DNA from: Haplodiscus bocki
Taxonomy: Eukaryota
Assembly: GCA_965655095.1 (NCBI GenBank)
Contig: OZ296648.1
Coordinates: 148,676,001-148,740,000 of the forward strand
Length of the DNA stretch: 64,000 bases
Direction: 5' to 3'
Positions 38,225 through 49,549 of the stretch are shown in pieces (within the stretch, counting starts at the first letter, position 1; the number at the start of each line of letters is the position of its first letter). The translations under genes were made by a program, and so were the position numbers. Under the pieces are notes generated by a model. It did not search any database and had not been told where the DNA came from. It saw only the letters and a list, made by a program, of their open reading frames with translations.

Positions 38225-38906
38225 TGGTACCCCTGTCAGCTATCGAAGTACAGCCCACCAAGCTCTGCTGCTTTTCAAGACTCCAATGGCCTAGGCAATA
38301 TCCAAATATCGAAGCCTCGGGTCACAATCACTTCAGAAAGAACTTCGAGCACTACGTCTCGTTCTCAGCTAACTGAATCGCCACAGGCTCCCCCATCAAG
38401 CCAAACAGCATCTGGACCTTCTTCGGATTTAGAAACCCGAGGCAAACAACTGGAAGAAGAAATTACCAAGGCGAGAGATAGTCGCGAAACAATTGCATCC
38501 ATTTATCGATCTCAATTTGCCTTCCTCTATAATAAAATTAGAGCCTTGGAGTCTGGAGGCACAGACATTACTTTGTGGAACCTAACTTCATTGAAATTAG
38601 TTTTCGACACCGCCAAATCTTCTGCTCGACTGGACAATGCTGCCAAGGACCCCAGTACTCATTACAATAGCCCTGCGTACCGCACACACTTTTACAGCTA
38701 TAACTTCTTTGTTCAGTTCTACCCATATGATCTGTACTCTGCCGCTGGAAACCACGCTTCAATTATGTTCGCCTTATTCCCCGGCGACTACGATGTTTTA
38801 TTGACATGGCCGTTCCCCAAAACGATTCATCTCTCAGTCCGCGATCAGCTTGACCTCCAGAATACGTGAAATTTTGCCTTCGCACCTTCGGAGAAGATAT
38901 CCTTTC
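38225..38906 (+). pseudogene. Coiled coil + TRAF-C/MATH domain, 3'-truncated
   Basis: Open frame 38225-38869: ..DLETRGKQLEEEITKARDSRE..KIRALESGGTDITLWNLT..SPAYRTHFYSYNFFVQFYP..GNHASIMFALFPGDYDVLLTWPFPKTIHLSVRDQ, then *NFAFAPSEKISF. This fits the TRAF consensus IWKI..SPxFYT..YGYK..LY..GTHLS.F..GxYD.LL.WPF..L.LLDQ..SF.RP. Confidence 0.9.
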
Positions 38907-41390
38907 TTCTATCCTCGGACGGAAATATTTCAAGACAATTCCAAGTTGTCTTAGCTACAATTTCTGCTGCTTATAGAACCAACCTACTCGCTCTCGCTTT
39001 TTCACCAGTTGATCCTTTTGGCTCTCGCCATAACTGAAAGAATACGCGGCCACTCGACTATAAATACCCAGTGCACGGCCATTTTTATTCATTCGCTTGC
39101 TACCACCAACTACCCTATTTCCCCGAGGCGAAACTCTCTTCCACTTTCTTCTCATCCGAATTCTGGGGTTCAATCCTAACCCCAAAGTTGTTCTAAGACA
39201 ATCCCAAAACATGTCTTAGCCAAAATTCTTCATCTTTTCAAATGAATTGGTCTTGGCCGCAAAATCTCCTTTACAGAATCAACCTACTCGCTCTCGGTTT
39301 CTCATCAAATGATCCTATTGGATCTCGCCCAACACGTGACAGTTTGAGTATAAACACCCAGTGCACAACCATAATATTCATTCGCTTCCTACCGTCAACT
39401 ACCCTAATTCCCCGAGGCGAAACTCTCTTCCACCTTCTTCCCATTAATACTCTGGAAATATTCAAAGACTTTCTATTGACAAACAGAAAATATTCAAAGA
39501 CTTTTTCGCCTGCAGAATTGTCTTAGCCGCAAATCATTAATATCCCGGAATTTTTCGAAGATTTTCCAGCAGCAGCAGCAACCAGCCGTCGCAACCAGCA
39601 GCAGCAACCAGAAAAAGCAACCACCAGCAGCAACCATCAGCAGCAACCAGCAAAAGCAACCAGCAGCAGCAACCAGCAGCAGCAACCAGCAGCAGCAACC
39701 AGCAAAACCAACCAGCAGCAGCAACCAGCAAAAGTAACCAGCAGCAGCAACCAGCATTCATCCTACCAGCAGCACCTACGCAATCAACGCCGACATCCGT
39801 TAGTTATCAATACGGTTCCTAGCAGAGGATATCCCGCTAGCAGTTGATCTAGGGCTAGCTGCCCGGTAGCAGAGAGTAATCACCGCACCGAGGCCCAATT
39901 TTGTTAACTTTCCACTTTTCTAAAAGTCCCTTTTTATGATTTTTTCCCTTTTTCGCTAAGGCTTAGTTTTAATTATTAATTGGTAAAAGTAAAACTCATA
40001 ATACTCACGACCAGTTGACAGTCTTTATGACTTATTTCCTGGTCGCAGATAAAAGAGAAAAAAAATTTATTGCTGGTGTCCCGTGGACCCGGACTTTTAA
40101 TCGGCAGGTGACAAAAACCCAGCTTAATAATGTGACCCGACGCGTGGAATATCCATACGGTGGTCATTTCTTGTACTAAGAGTAGTGTGAAATGCATGTA
40201 ATGTAAAATGCATATAATTTCAGTCCCCTTTCCCTACAGGCTGGCCTATCCAGCTTGGGACTAAAACAGGGGCTAGTCTTTTTTAACCCGTTACCCTGAA
40301 AATCTAGCGAGAGACGTGGTTTAGCTAAACGTAAAACAAACTGTCAAAAGACGGGCTAAAAAAGGCCGACTAGATAAGACGGGACTTGCTCATTACCCGC
40401 ACTAGTCAAAAAGGAAGATAGTGTTTGTTTACCCTATTTGCTTTATTCTCAGATTTCCAGTTTCGACAGCAGCTGTTGTTAATGTGGATGTGTGGATTAG
40501 CTTTGATTCTGATGTTTTATAATTTTGGTTTATAAATCTAAAAATTATTGGGACTAAATTTGGATAGTCCAAGAGCCTAATTGAGATAATTCCATTTATA
40601 ATTCAATTGGACTGAATTGAACGAGTCCAGTTTCTATACATGATTTATAGTTTCTTAATTGAATCAAATTTAATCAATTCAACTTTTATATTTGAATTTA
40701 TAACTTTAATTCAGACATAATTAAAGTAGTCTCAATTAGTTGATGTTGGTTATATTTTACGACTTTAATTCAGACTGAATTAAAGCAGCCTGAATTAGTT
40801 AATGTTATTAACATTTCCACTCCTAAATTGGAATTAACTTAACGTTGATTAATTTTCAGCAATTTGTGGCATCCCCTATTTAACCCCTCATTTAATCTTC
40901 TGACTTCTTGCTAAACAATTTGCTGTCCACGGTTGATTTAAATTGAAGTTGATTAATTGAAGGTTAAAATTTCATGTAAAATTTCTAAAGCTAATATTGA
41001 AATCGAAATAAAACAAGAGAAGAGTTGACTGAAGTGTATAACGTTAAAGACCATATGGCAATTTCCCCTGTGCTATTCCACGCTTACAACCTCAGACAGA
41101 GCTGAGTAATTCCCCCTTGCGTACGTGCAGTCAATTTTTTTTCCGCAAGTCAACATATTGGAAAATCTTCACTGGTAATTTAACTTTCCTTTGTATTATT
41201 CTCCGCTATAGCTCACAAGTCCTTGCTTGATTTCACGCAATCCCTTTGTTCGCACGATTAAGCAAGGCACACTATTGAGACTTACAAAGAATAGCCGTCG
41301 CTACAACGCAGCAGTGCTGAGTGAGTCAACCGCCAGCACAACTAAGTAAATAATAGATTTGCAATACCTCTACCCCCACAACGTGCGACA
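38903..41390 (+). repeat. 3' LTR, lacking its first ~470 bp
   Basis: Aligns to 23267-25649 and ends GTGCGACA followed by the TSD CTCA. Confidence 0.93.
39567..39757 (+). repeat. Expanded 13-bp CCAGCAGCAGCAA minisatellite in the 3' LTR
   Basis: About twice the length of the array in the 5' LTR. Confidence 0.9.
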
Positions 41391-42416
41391 CTCATCAATG
41401 GAAATTTTCAAAAAAATCAGTGTTTCAGCATTGTTTCATTGCTACTTTATGAATTATAACGATTTTTCAGCGGTAATCATCTCCGGGTCCTTTGACGTTT
41501 TAGACTAGGCGAGAAAAGGAGTTGAGAAAATTTTAACTAGAGCAAACGATTGTTTATCAAAAGAAATTGAAATTTATTTCTATTTGTCAACATCCCTCGA
41601 CGCCCAATTTTGTGTTCAAGTTAATTGAATAACATGAAGTAAGCCAACATAAAAAATTAACAATTTCAATGACGTTTATTTGGAATTGAAAATCTATCAA
41701 AACATATAAAAACCCTTGAAGCATCGAATTCGGCTACATTTTGTGGTGATGGGAGAGATAGTTTGATATAATTCAAGTATATTTTGAAGGGTACGACGGT
41801 GTCAGAAAAGAACTCTTCCAAGTGCACCATCAATCTTGTTTTTCGTTTAGCCCGAGAAGTGAAGTCCCATCAGATGAAGCCTAATTTTACGTTTTGAAAA
41901 AATTCTTTTGTGAACTTTTCTGTTTCACCGACTGACTATAAATCTGCTTTTAGTCGCTGCTTTTCAATTAAAAAATGCGTGACTACTATACTGATTTGTC
42001 TTTTTTTCAACTACAGCTTGTTGAAACTGTTCGGATACCAAACTTTACAAACATCCATTGGTTTCAAAACCAGGAGTGGAAAACAAACACATTGCGGTCG
42101 ATTTTTTTTTGGATTTTTGGACCTACGGTCAAAAATTTTTCTCGAAACCCCCATTAGATCCATCAAAAAGTTTCCATCGAAAAGCATGTATGAAAATATT
42201 TGAAATAATGACTTTATCAGGCAGTATATATTGTACCAAATGCGAGGAAAAACACTTTTTGACTACCTAAATACAGTTATAAATTTCTTTTCAAATGGTT
42301 TTTTTACATGGTAGCTCAAGAAAATTAGGATTATTAGCAATGCAAACAAATAACACATAAAAACCGCAGAATTGTTCAATTGTCATACATACTTCAAAAA
42401 TCGTTCGATTGTTCTG

Positions 42417-42866
42417 CTATTTCCATCTTTCTCCAAGAGCAATTTCTATCTTTTTAATGGTCTTTGTCACGACAATCTTTTGGGCCAGAGTTTTGTCTAG
42501 TCTGGCCGGGAAGATGCCTGCTTCAGGATGAGGATCACTCTGGGAGTCGTCCTCATTCGTTCCCTGGTTTTCCACGTTTGTGTTCCGGAAAGTTCCCGGA
42601 ACGGTTTCGGAATGCGTCTGTATCTGTTGGTTCAAGAGAAATTCACCTATATTAGACAGAGCACCCAAAATGCGGGACTCTGTCCGCCTGAACTCCTGGG
42701 ACAGTTTTCTACTGACTCTGCCTTCAATCTTCTCAGAAACTTGTGTGATATATTCCTCGTTAATTCTAGGAACGAAAGTGTTTCGTGACTGGCCGTTCCT
42801 AGGACTTTCTTCTTGTGTTTCTCTTGTAACGGCTGCCAACTTTCGTTTATTTCTCAACGTTGCCAT
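42417..42866 (-). CDS. 149-aa ORF, probably a retroelement Gag/ORF1 N-terminus
   Basis: ATG start, basic N-terminus and a coiled-coil-like EEYITQVSEKIEGRVSRKLSQEF..RILGAL segment. Confidence 0.5.
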   Translation of the reverse strand: MATLRNKRKLAAVTRETQEESPRNGQSRNTFVPRINEEYITQVSEKIEGRVSRKLSQEFRRTESRILGALSNIGEFLLNQQIQTHSETVPGTFRNTNVENQGTNEDDSQSDPHPEAGIFPARLDKTLAQKIVVTKTIKKIEIALGERWK

Positions 42867-43400
42867 CTTTTTGAAGGGAAACTGCTACGCAGTTATGAAG
42901 ACTGAATAATTTTGTATTTGTTAATAAACTTGAGATTATAACAAAAATGTTATTCTTTAAAATAAACAACTACTTGCAATCAGTACAGTCAACTGATAAT
43001 CAAAGTGATATTATGGATCTCCCGCTTAGTACTTTCAGTTCTCCTATTTATACCTTTTCCTTGGCGGGAAACATAATTGTTTACACGCCAAGTAAAGGTA
43101 CAAAGTAGGGAAAAGTACTTTAATCATAATAATTACAATGGAATATGCCGACTCTGGCGGGAAATAAACAACTTTCCCTCCATTTCTTCCTTTACAGACC
43201 GCGTCTTTTTCATCTTTCGACGGAAAATATACGGGTTTGATCAGTCGGAAATGGATATCAAAGTGATTATTCCCGCGCCGACACAATAAATAATAACATA
43301 AACAAATGATCAAAAAGATTTTCCATAAGAGAAAAGTATTATAAAATGCACCAAAATTAGGTAAAATACACTAAAATAATCATATAAAATCATAATTACA
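42465..43400 (-). mobile_element. Probable solo LTR containing an intact ORF start
   Basis: On the minus strand it ends ...GTCGTGACA at 42465, with a candidate TGTAAT start at 43400. ORF 42417-42866 (MATLRNKRKLAAV..) runs off the CA end. No clean TSD. Confidence 0.45.
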
Positions 43401-43514
43401 TGCTTGGTAATACTATTGCATCGATTTAATCCACTTTCGGAACGAAACTAGGCTTTTTCCTAGCCCGTTCCACGTTTTTACTAGCTCACGCCTCAATTTG
43501 GCCGGAGCGTTCCG

Positions 43515-43862
43515 TGGCGACTACGTAGCCGCCTGTAGCACTGCCTTCCGCAGTACCACTGAGGAGAATGATTCTGGTGGCTACGTAGACGTCCCGTGTC
43601 CGTCCAAAGTGAAACAGCGCAAAAGCACAGCGGATTGGTTGAAAGTTTTGTGACGTCACCAGATCGGTAGCCACGTAACGCGTACGTAACAAAATATTCA
43701 TTCCTAGCTTAGAGTAGCTGCTAGGTAGGTACGTGTTCGTTACGTAAAAGTTGCGTCCCAATCTGGTTCAGTACACGGGAGTGCTACGTATAAAATACGT
43801 AGAATTTGTATGAAAATATACTGGGGAGTGATACGTATTTGATACGTATCAACTACATGTAA
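43515..43862. repeat. Cluster of TACGTA/ACGT palindromes
   Basis: More than ten ACGT-core motifs in ~350 bp of otherwise CpG-poor DNA. Confidence 0.7.
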
Positions 43863-44239
43863 ACGCAATGATATATTATTGCAATATTATTATATGAATG
43901 GAAAAGGAAAGTCTAAAGTTTAGATACAGTTTCTTCTAATTTTCAGACAATCCGGGGATGTCCTTTTCTTTCTTTATGCACGTAGGCTTCGCGGGTATAC
44001 TGCGACAGTCTTGTGTAAAACGGATCACTTTGCTGGAATTGTCGCAAAGGAAGTGGAAGAGCGCTAAACTCACTCGTGAAAAAAGCGAAAATCTTTTCAA
44101 GGCCTTCCGGTTTATCAGTTCATCTTTGGTTCTTTGTTTTCAGTGAAACAGTAGTTGGTAATTCGAGTGATTTAATTTCTTAAATTCTGATATTTGGTAC
44201 CTTTGTTAGTTGAAAGACAGCTCCTTTCACATGAATTCA

Positions 44240-44790
44240 AAAAATAGATTGTTGGTCGAAACTTGGTCCGGAAACTTCGTTTTCCTTCTGCTTTTCTTCT
44301 GTTTTTAAAAAACACTTAATTCTGTGCCCCATTTTATCTGTTTGGGAATTTGAATTATTTGGTTCCACGTATTTGATGTCAAAAGCTGCATCCAATACTG
44401 TCGATGATAACACTAACGCTTTCATTGGCGATATACAGGATTTTCTTGGTAACTCAATGATCTCTGTGGTTTGTGGTTTAAACTGCCAGCACTCATCTTA
44501 CGTGGCAGCGAGCTTTTTTTATTTTGATCATGTAAATTGCGGTGCAACTAGACTCCTACAAATTTCTGTGACGAATCTATATTCTGTTGATAGACTTTTA
44601 TTCGCAAGTCTTCATTGGTTTTCCGCATTTTTTCCTGAAAAAACAATCAGTTGAGTTGCAGACCATCTACCAATTGTCTGCCGCGATACATAAATGTACG
44701 AAAAGAGATCTTATCAAACTCTTTGACGGCAAAGCCACAATTTTTGCAGAAGGAAAGACCCACCATGGATATGCTGGGCCTTATGGGCGG
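44240..44790 (-). pseudogene. Possible Polinton packaging ATPase remnant
   Basis: RPSISMVGLSFCK resembles a decayed Walker A segment (ISLVGPS.TGK); downstream similarity is weak. Confidence 0.3.
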
Positions 44791-46539
44791 CGTTAACTTG
44801 AACCGTTCACAGTTTGCTCAGCTATGGCTAAATAAGTTTTCGGTTGTAACGTTCAGTTGAGTCTACTGACGATCAACTTTCTGTTATAGCTTCGAAATGA
44901 TCAGACACTTCGAATCCACTTTGTCAGTTTGACGGCGCCATGGACACTTTCTCCTTCAGCAGACTGACAACCTTTATCTCTTTATCGTCCGGAAAGAACT
45001 TGTAGCCATCTTAAGTCCTCTAACGGAGTTGAGATGGATTTACTAGACTGATAACAGGAGGCGCTAAATAGATACAAAAAGTGACATTTTACAACTAAAA
45101 CTGTTCGGAGACAGCAATCAAAAAAACTTGTACAAAAAGCAACTATATGAGATTTTTTCTTGAATAGATTAAAACTACCGCAACCCCAAATGAAACCCAA
45201 AAATTGTCAAATCAAGTGTAGTTTTTTTGTAACACAAGTTTGAAATTCAATGAAAGTTAAGATGGATGATATACCGTTTTGAAGACAATAGTATCTCTTA
45301 GAATAGACCACATCCATCTGATTACTTGAGAAGCTCCACTAAATTTACAATGGAGTCTAGGCACTTTGGTCAAACAGAACAGGAGTTGACTAGAAATTGA
45401 AGTGAATTCATGTACACTTGTTAAGACAACAAAATTGAAGGAAACTTGTGGAGAATGTTTTTTCCTCTTTTCCTTGAAAATTATAGAATGAATCTGCCGT
45501 AAACCTATAGAGTAACAAAACAAATCTCAGCTATTTAGTACGTTTTTTCTCACAAAAACGTGAGATCGGTTTTATCTAACAAAGAAGTGAGTAAAAACTA
45601 CTTCAGCACGCAAGATATCTTTAAAAACATACCAGAGAAGCAGCAAGTGGTTCTAAAAAATTCGAGGCTGATGTTTCGATGAAATAAATGTGATGATCTG
45701 TTGAAGCAAACCGAGACAACGATTGATTCTGAAATAAAATACAATGGTGGTTGGTGGGAATTTTGTCGTTCTGAACTATCTTTATGATAAAATATTAGTT
45801 TATAATAAAAGCTTTGAAATAACGAATCAACGGCAAAATGATAACTCCATGCCTTGTAATGAGTTTAAGTGTAGTGTGGGTCTTTTCGGTGCAGTCTCTT
45901 TTTAGACACATTTTAAGGAATATTTCCTGGAGGGAGTTGGTTAGCTTTTCGCATTGTCTGAACATGGTCTAAATGTTTTCGCAATGTAAGTTTAGGCTCC
46001 AATTTTTTTGGCGGCATGACTATTTATCGTTGCAGTGAGGTTTCTTTCCAAGAAAGAAATAACGTGTCTTCCAAACTTAAATGGTTGACTTGAGACATTT
46101 TTTGACTTGCTACAAACGTACAGCTTTTATTGCAACGCTTGAACACCAGCTGAATCTTTCTGCCATGCTAAATGCTCCATGAGTTTGTTTTCATGCTAGA
46201 TTGACTTCAATTTTGAGGCAATTTCTGAAAGAAATGCCGCCTTTTACACTTTTGAACACTTTTTAATTTTCCCAGGCCATTCGAAGTACTCCCTTGATAC
46301 AGTGAGCTGAAGGATTGTTTTTGGAAGAGTTGATCTTCGTTTGATCACCGTACGGAAAAACTGCAGACAATTTTTCACAGCAGGCTTCTGATTCATGTTG
46401 ATTAAAGCACAAGAATTGTTCAAAAAAAGTTTAGTAGAACGAAAAAAGAGCAACGAGCAAATTACAAACTTTTTGACAGATTGATACAAGTTCGATGGCT
46501 CTGTATGTTTCAACAGGTATCTAGAGAGAGCGTGTACCT

Positions 46540-47770
46540 GGTTCGAAAATCTGAAGTTCGTTATGGTAATAAAATTTCTCTGCTAGAGCTCCAACAACCG
46601 TAGTTTAACAAACTGGAAAAATATCCAACAAAAACAGTCCGCATGAGTACACGTCTTCATTTGTAATTTATACTTCGTACAATTGTTTGAACTGTGTAGT
46701 TTAATATTGAAACACTGTTTTTTTTGCCAAAAATTTTTCCATCTAGCGTTGACCTTGGTTTACAGTTTGACGACCAAATGAGCTGTTGTCTAGCACTTTA
46801 TTTGCCTCAGCGGCTACTTTGAGGTTTGAATTCCCGTCACATGGTTTTCTTTTAACCACAACTCATTGTTAATTGGAGTGTTCTCATAAAAACGGCATTC
46901 TTTTTTGCAATCAAGACGCAGTTCCGACTAGAACAAAAGCAGCGAAGTATGCAAAATCCATTTTGTAAGTTGCAACTTGAAATCAACTCTTTGAGAGGCA
47001 ACAGCCCCTCTTCTTCTGCGTACCGTTTTATCAACTTTCCCATATCATTACCACTGTGACCGAAATATTTTTGAAAAATGGATTGAATTTTACAAAATAT
47101 GGTTTCAAAAAGTTAGTAGGCTATGTGTGGATTCGATTCAAACCAAACATTTTTCCACCAATTGTTTCAACTATTAGTGTTCTGCAATTGAACGTCAGTA
47201 TGGAAACATGTCTCAAATAGAAAATTCAAAAACAGTGTCTGTCTGATGCAGTGTCCAACTCTACACAATCTCAGTTTCAGTGAGGCCATCCTCATGTTTG
47301 GGGTTCAATTCCAACTAATCAAGCTCCCCCTTTCTCTTCCCACGCCCAAATTGTTAATCAACTAAAGGGAACAAGAAAAGAAGATATGAGCCCATGGTTT
47401 CGACTTCAGAATGCAGTATACACTTTTGCAACGAACAAAAGCATCAGCATCAAATTGGTAGTTTTTCGTCTGCCTCTTGTAGACGAGCTTCAAGTTTTAA
47501 AATCATATAACTTTAAAACAGGATTTAGCCATATCTGTACAAATGTGAGTTTTGTTTGGTCGCGGTGTATTTTTCATGGTCTCCGTATTGAGACCCGGAC
47601 TGATGTAAAATCTTGCTGAACCGGTTGTTACAACGAGCGTGAAGGAAGCCGCTTGGCATCTAGGCCAACAATTGATTTAGAAAGTCGAATCGATTTCTGA
47701 ATAGGAGTTTTGTCAACGACTGCTCAGCGCTAGAACAACACAAAAAATCCTGCCACCACGTCTTCGCAGA
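46540..47770 (-). pseudogene. Protein-primed family B DNA polymerase remnant 1
   Basis: VDKTPIQKS..SKSIVGLDA (motif A region), DGNSNLKVAAEANKVLDNSSFG (motif B, K..NS.YG), FQFVKLRLLEL (A..RMLEL). Confidence 0.7.
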
Positions 47771-47924
47771 AAACTTTCCAGTACATCTCTTTCTGTGATT
47801 TGATGGAATTGTTCAAATTTAGATTTGCGCAGGTTAAGGCCAACAATTTTTAATGAAGTTTCAACATGCGTTTTTTTACTATACTTAAATGCAAGTGTCT
47901 TTTGTATTACTTCCTAGGTAGGAG

Positions 47925-48489
47925 CAGTATCTTCACATATATAACAGCGCAATAAGTCCGTGAAGGAACACGTTTTACGTTTTGCCTGCTTCCCTATATT
48001 TTTAATATCCTATTCCAGGTATTCAAAGTCCTCAATTCCCTACTCACTCTCTCCGTCATCGTTTAAATACCGGTTGGACATTTAGCCATGCGAAAACCAA
48101 GTGATGTGTCAGATTGCCCTTGCTTGCCCTCCCGAAAACGAGTTAAAGCAAACTGGTCAATTTTTGTGGAAAACAAACACGTTCATACTTTTAAAACACT
48201 GTCGTATTTGCAATGAATGTAAAATATAGTTTAATGAACTGCAAAAACGAGAATAACTACTCAACTCTATCAACCTCCTCAGTTTGTTCGTCGAATAAGG
48301 TAGTTGATCTGACACATCATATGGTTCTCGGATGCCTAAACGTCAAACTGGTATTTAGGCGATGACAGAAAGAGTGAGCAAGGAATTGAAAGCTAAGAAT
48401 ACCTGGAGTAGGATTTTAAAATACTGTGGAAGCAGGCAAAACGAGTTCTTTCAAGAACTTCCTGCGCTGGTATATACGTAAAGGTACTG
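47925..48489. mobile_element. Foldback MITE with ~190-bp imperfect inverted arms
   Basis: CAGTA...TACTG ends; arm motifs such as cgttttgcctgcttcc/ggaagcaggcaaaacg, tccaggtattc/gaatacctgga and tgatgtgtcagat/atctgacacatca. Confidence 0.8.
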
Positions 48490-49549
48490 TTTCAACTCGG
48501 TTCTATGTATTTTTAGATTTTTAGCCAAACTCCTTTCTGCAATTCACTTCACTCGTTCCGATCTTTAGGACCCTGACTGCTCGCTCTTGCTTCGTTCGAT
48601 CTCACTCTCGCTACGCTACTGCACGAATCTTTCAGACTTTCCTTTTGCAGCGGTTTGATAATGAAATTAAGTGGATATGTATATTTTTATTAACTTATGA
48701 TTTTTTCTGACTTGTTGAAATGAAACTTTATTTGTTTTTCACCCATTTCAATGTCATAATTTTCAATGAAATTCTCATTTAAAAAACTAAAGACTTATCG
48801 TTTTTCGACTAGAAAAAATGATTTTGTATTTTAACATGTATTTTTCACGTGTACAAAATTAATAAGCTATTAAACGTATTGCCTTCCAAATTTTTCCCAA
48901 ATAAACAAATATAACTCAGATAAATTCAAAAGAAAAGCTTGTAATTAATTTATAAGCTTGCACTATGTGCAAAATGGGTATATATCATCCCAAAACAGTG
49001 AGAAAAAATCAGAAGGTTGTTTTTAACTTTAAAAGTGCATTTGACAATATTCTTTTGAAATGTAGGGTACTTTGACTTGCTAACGTCGCCTAAAAACTTT
49101 AGTCAGCTATACCCCATCTGAAAAATTGAAGACAGTTATGGCGCCTTAGCGCAGATTTAGAGGCGTAACCCAACGGGAGGGGAAAAATGGTTCACCAGGG
49201 CATCTGTGAAAAAACGCTCGAAAGGGTTTTTAACATGACATGCTAACAAGAAATTGCTGCTGAAGTTTCTTTCAAAGAATAATCTTTTTGTTTGACATCT
49301 ATGCAATGGACGATGTGAGAACATGTCCTAAAGTATTAGGTTTTTGTCGTTTTATTTCGTTTAATTCTGCGATAAAATCCCCTGAACAGTTTTCACAAAT
49401 TTTTTTTTTGCTTGGTACACTCAATGCAATCTCTTTTTTACTTGGAATTTTGAAACCATGTCCAAATGACGGTTTTCATGCAAAAAGGACAGTACCACCA
49501 ACAGCTTAGCTTTCAAATTTCAAGCGTAAAGCGGTCATCCCGTATCTAA

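Larger units (their letters stand above)
22795..41390 (+). mobile_element. Envelope-bearing Ty3/Gypsy LTR retroelement with accessory ORFs and a TRAF domain (defective copy)
   Basis: TSD CTCA at 22791-22794 and 41391-41394; termini TGTCGC...GCGACA; paired LTRs; PBS; gag, PR, RT end, RNase H, integrase in Gypsy order, followed by env. Confidence 0.95.

Noticed and set aside
39494-39761. Cys/Trp/Leu-rich ORFs (LLVAAAGCCCW repeats)
   Set aside because: They are translations of the antisense strand of the 13-bp minisatellite, and copy number differs between the LTRs.
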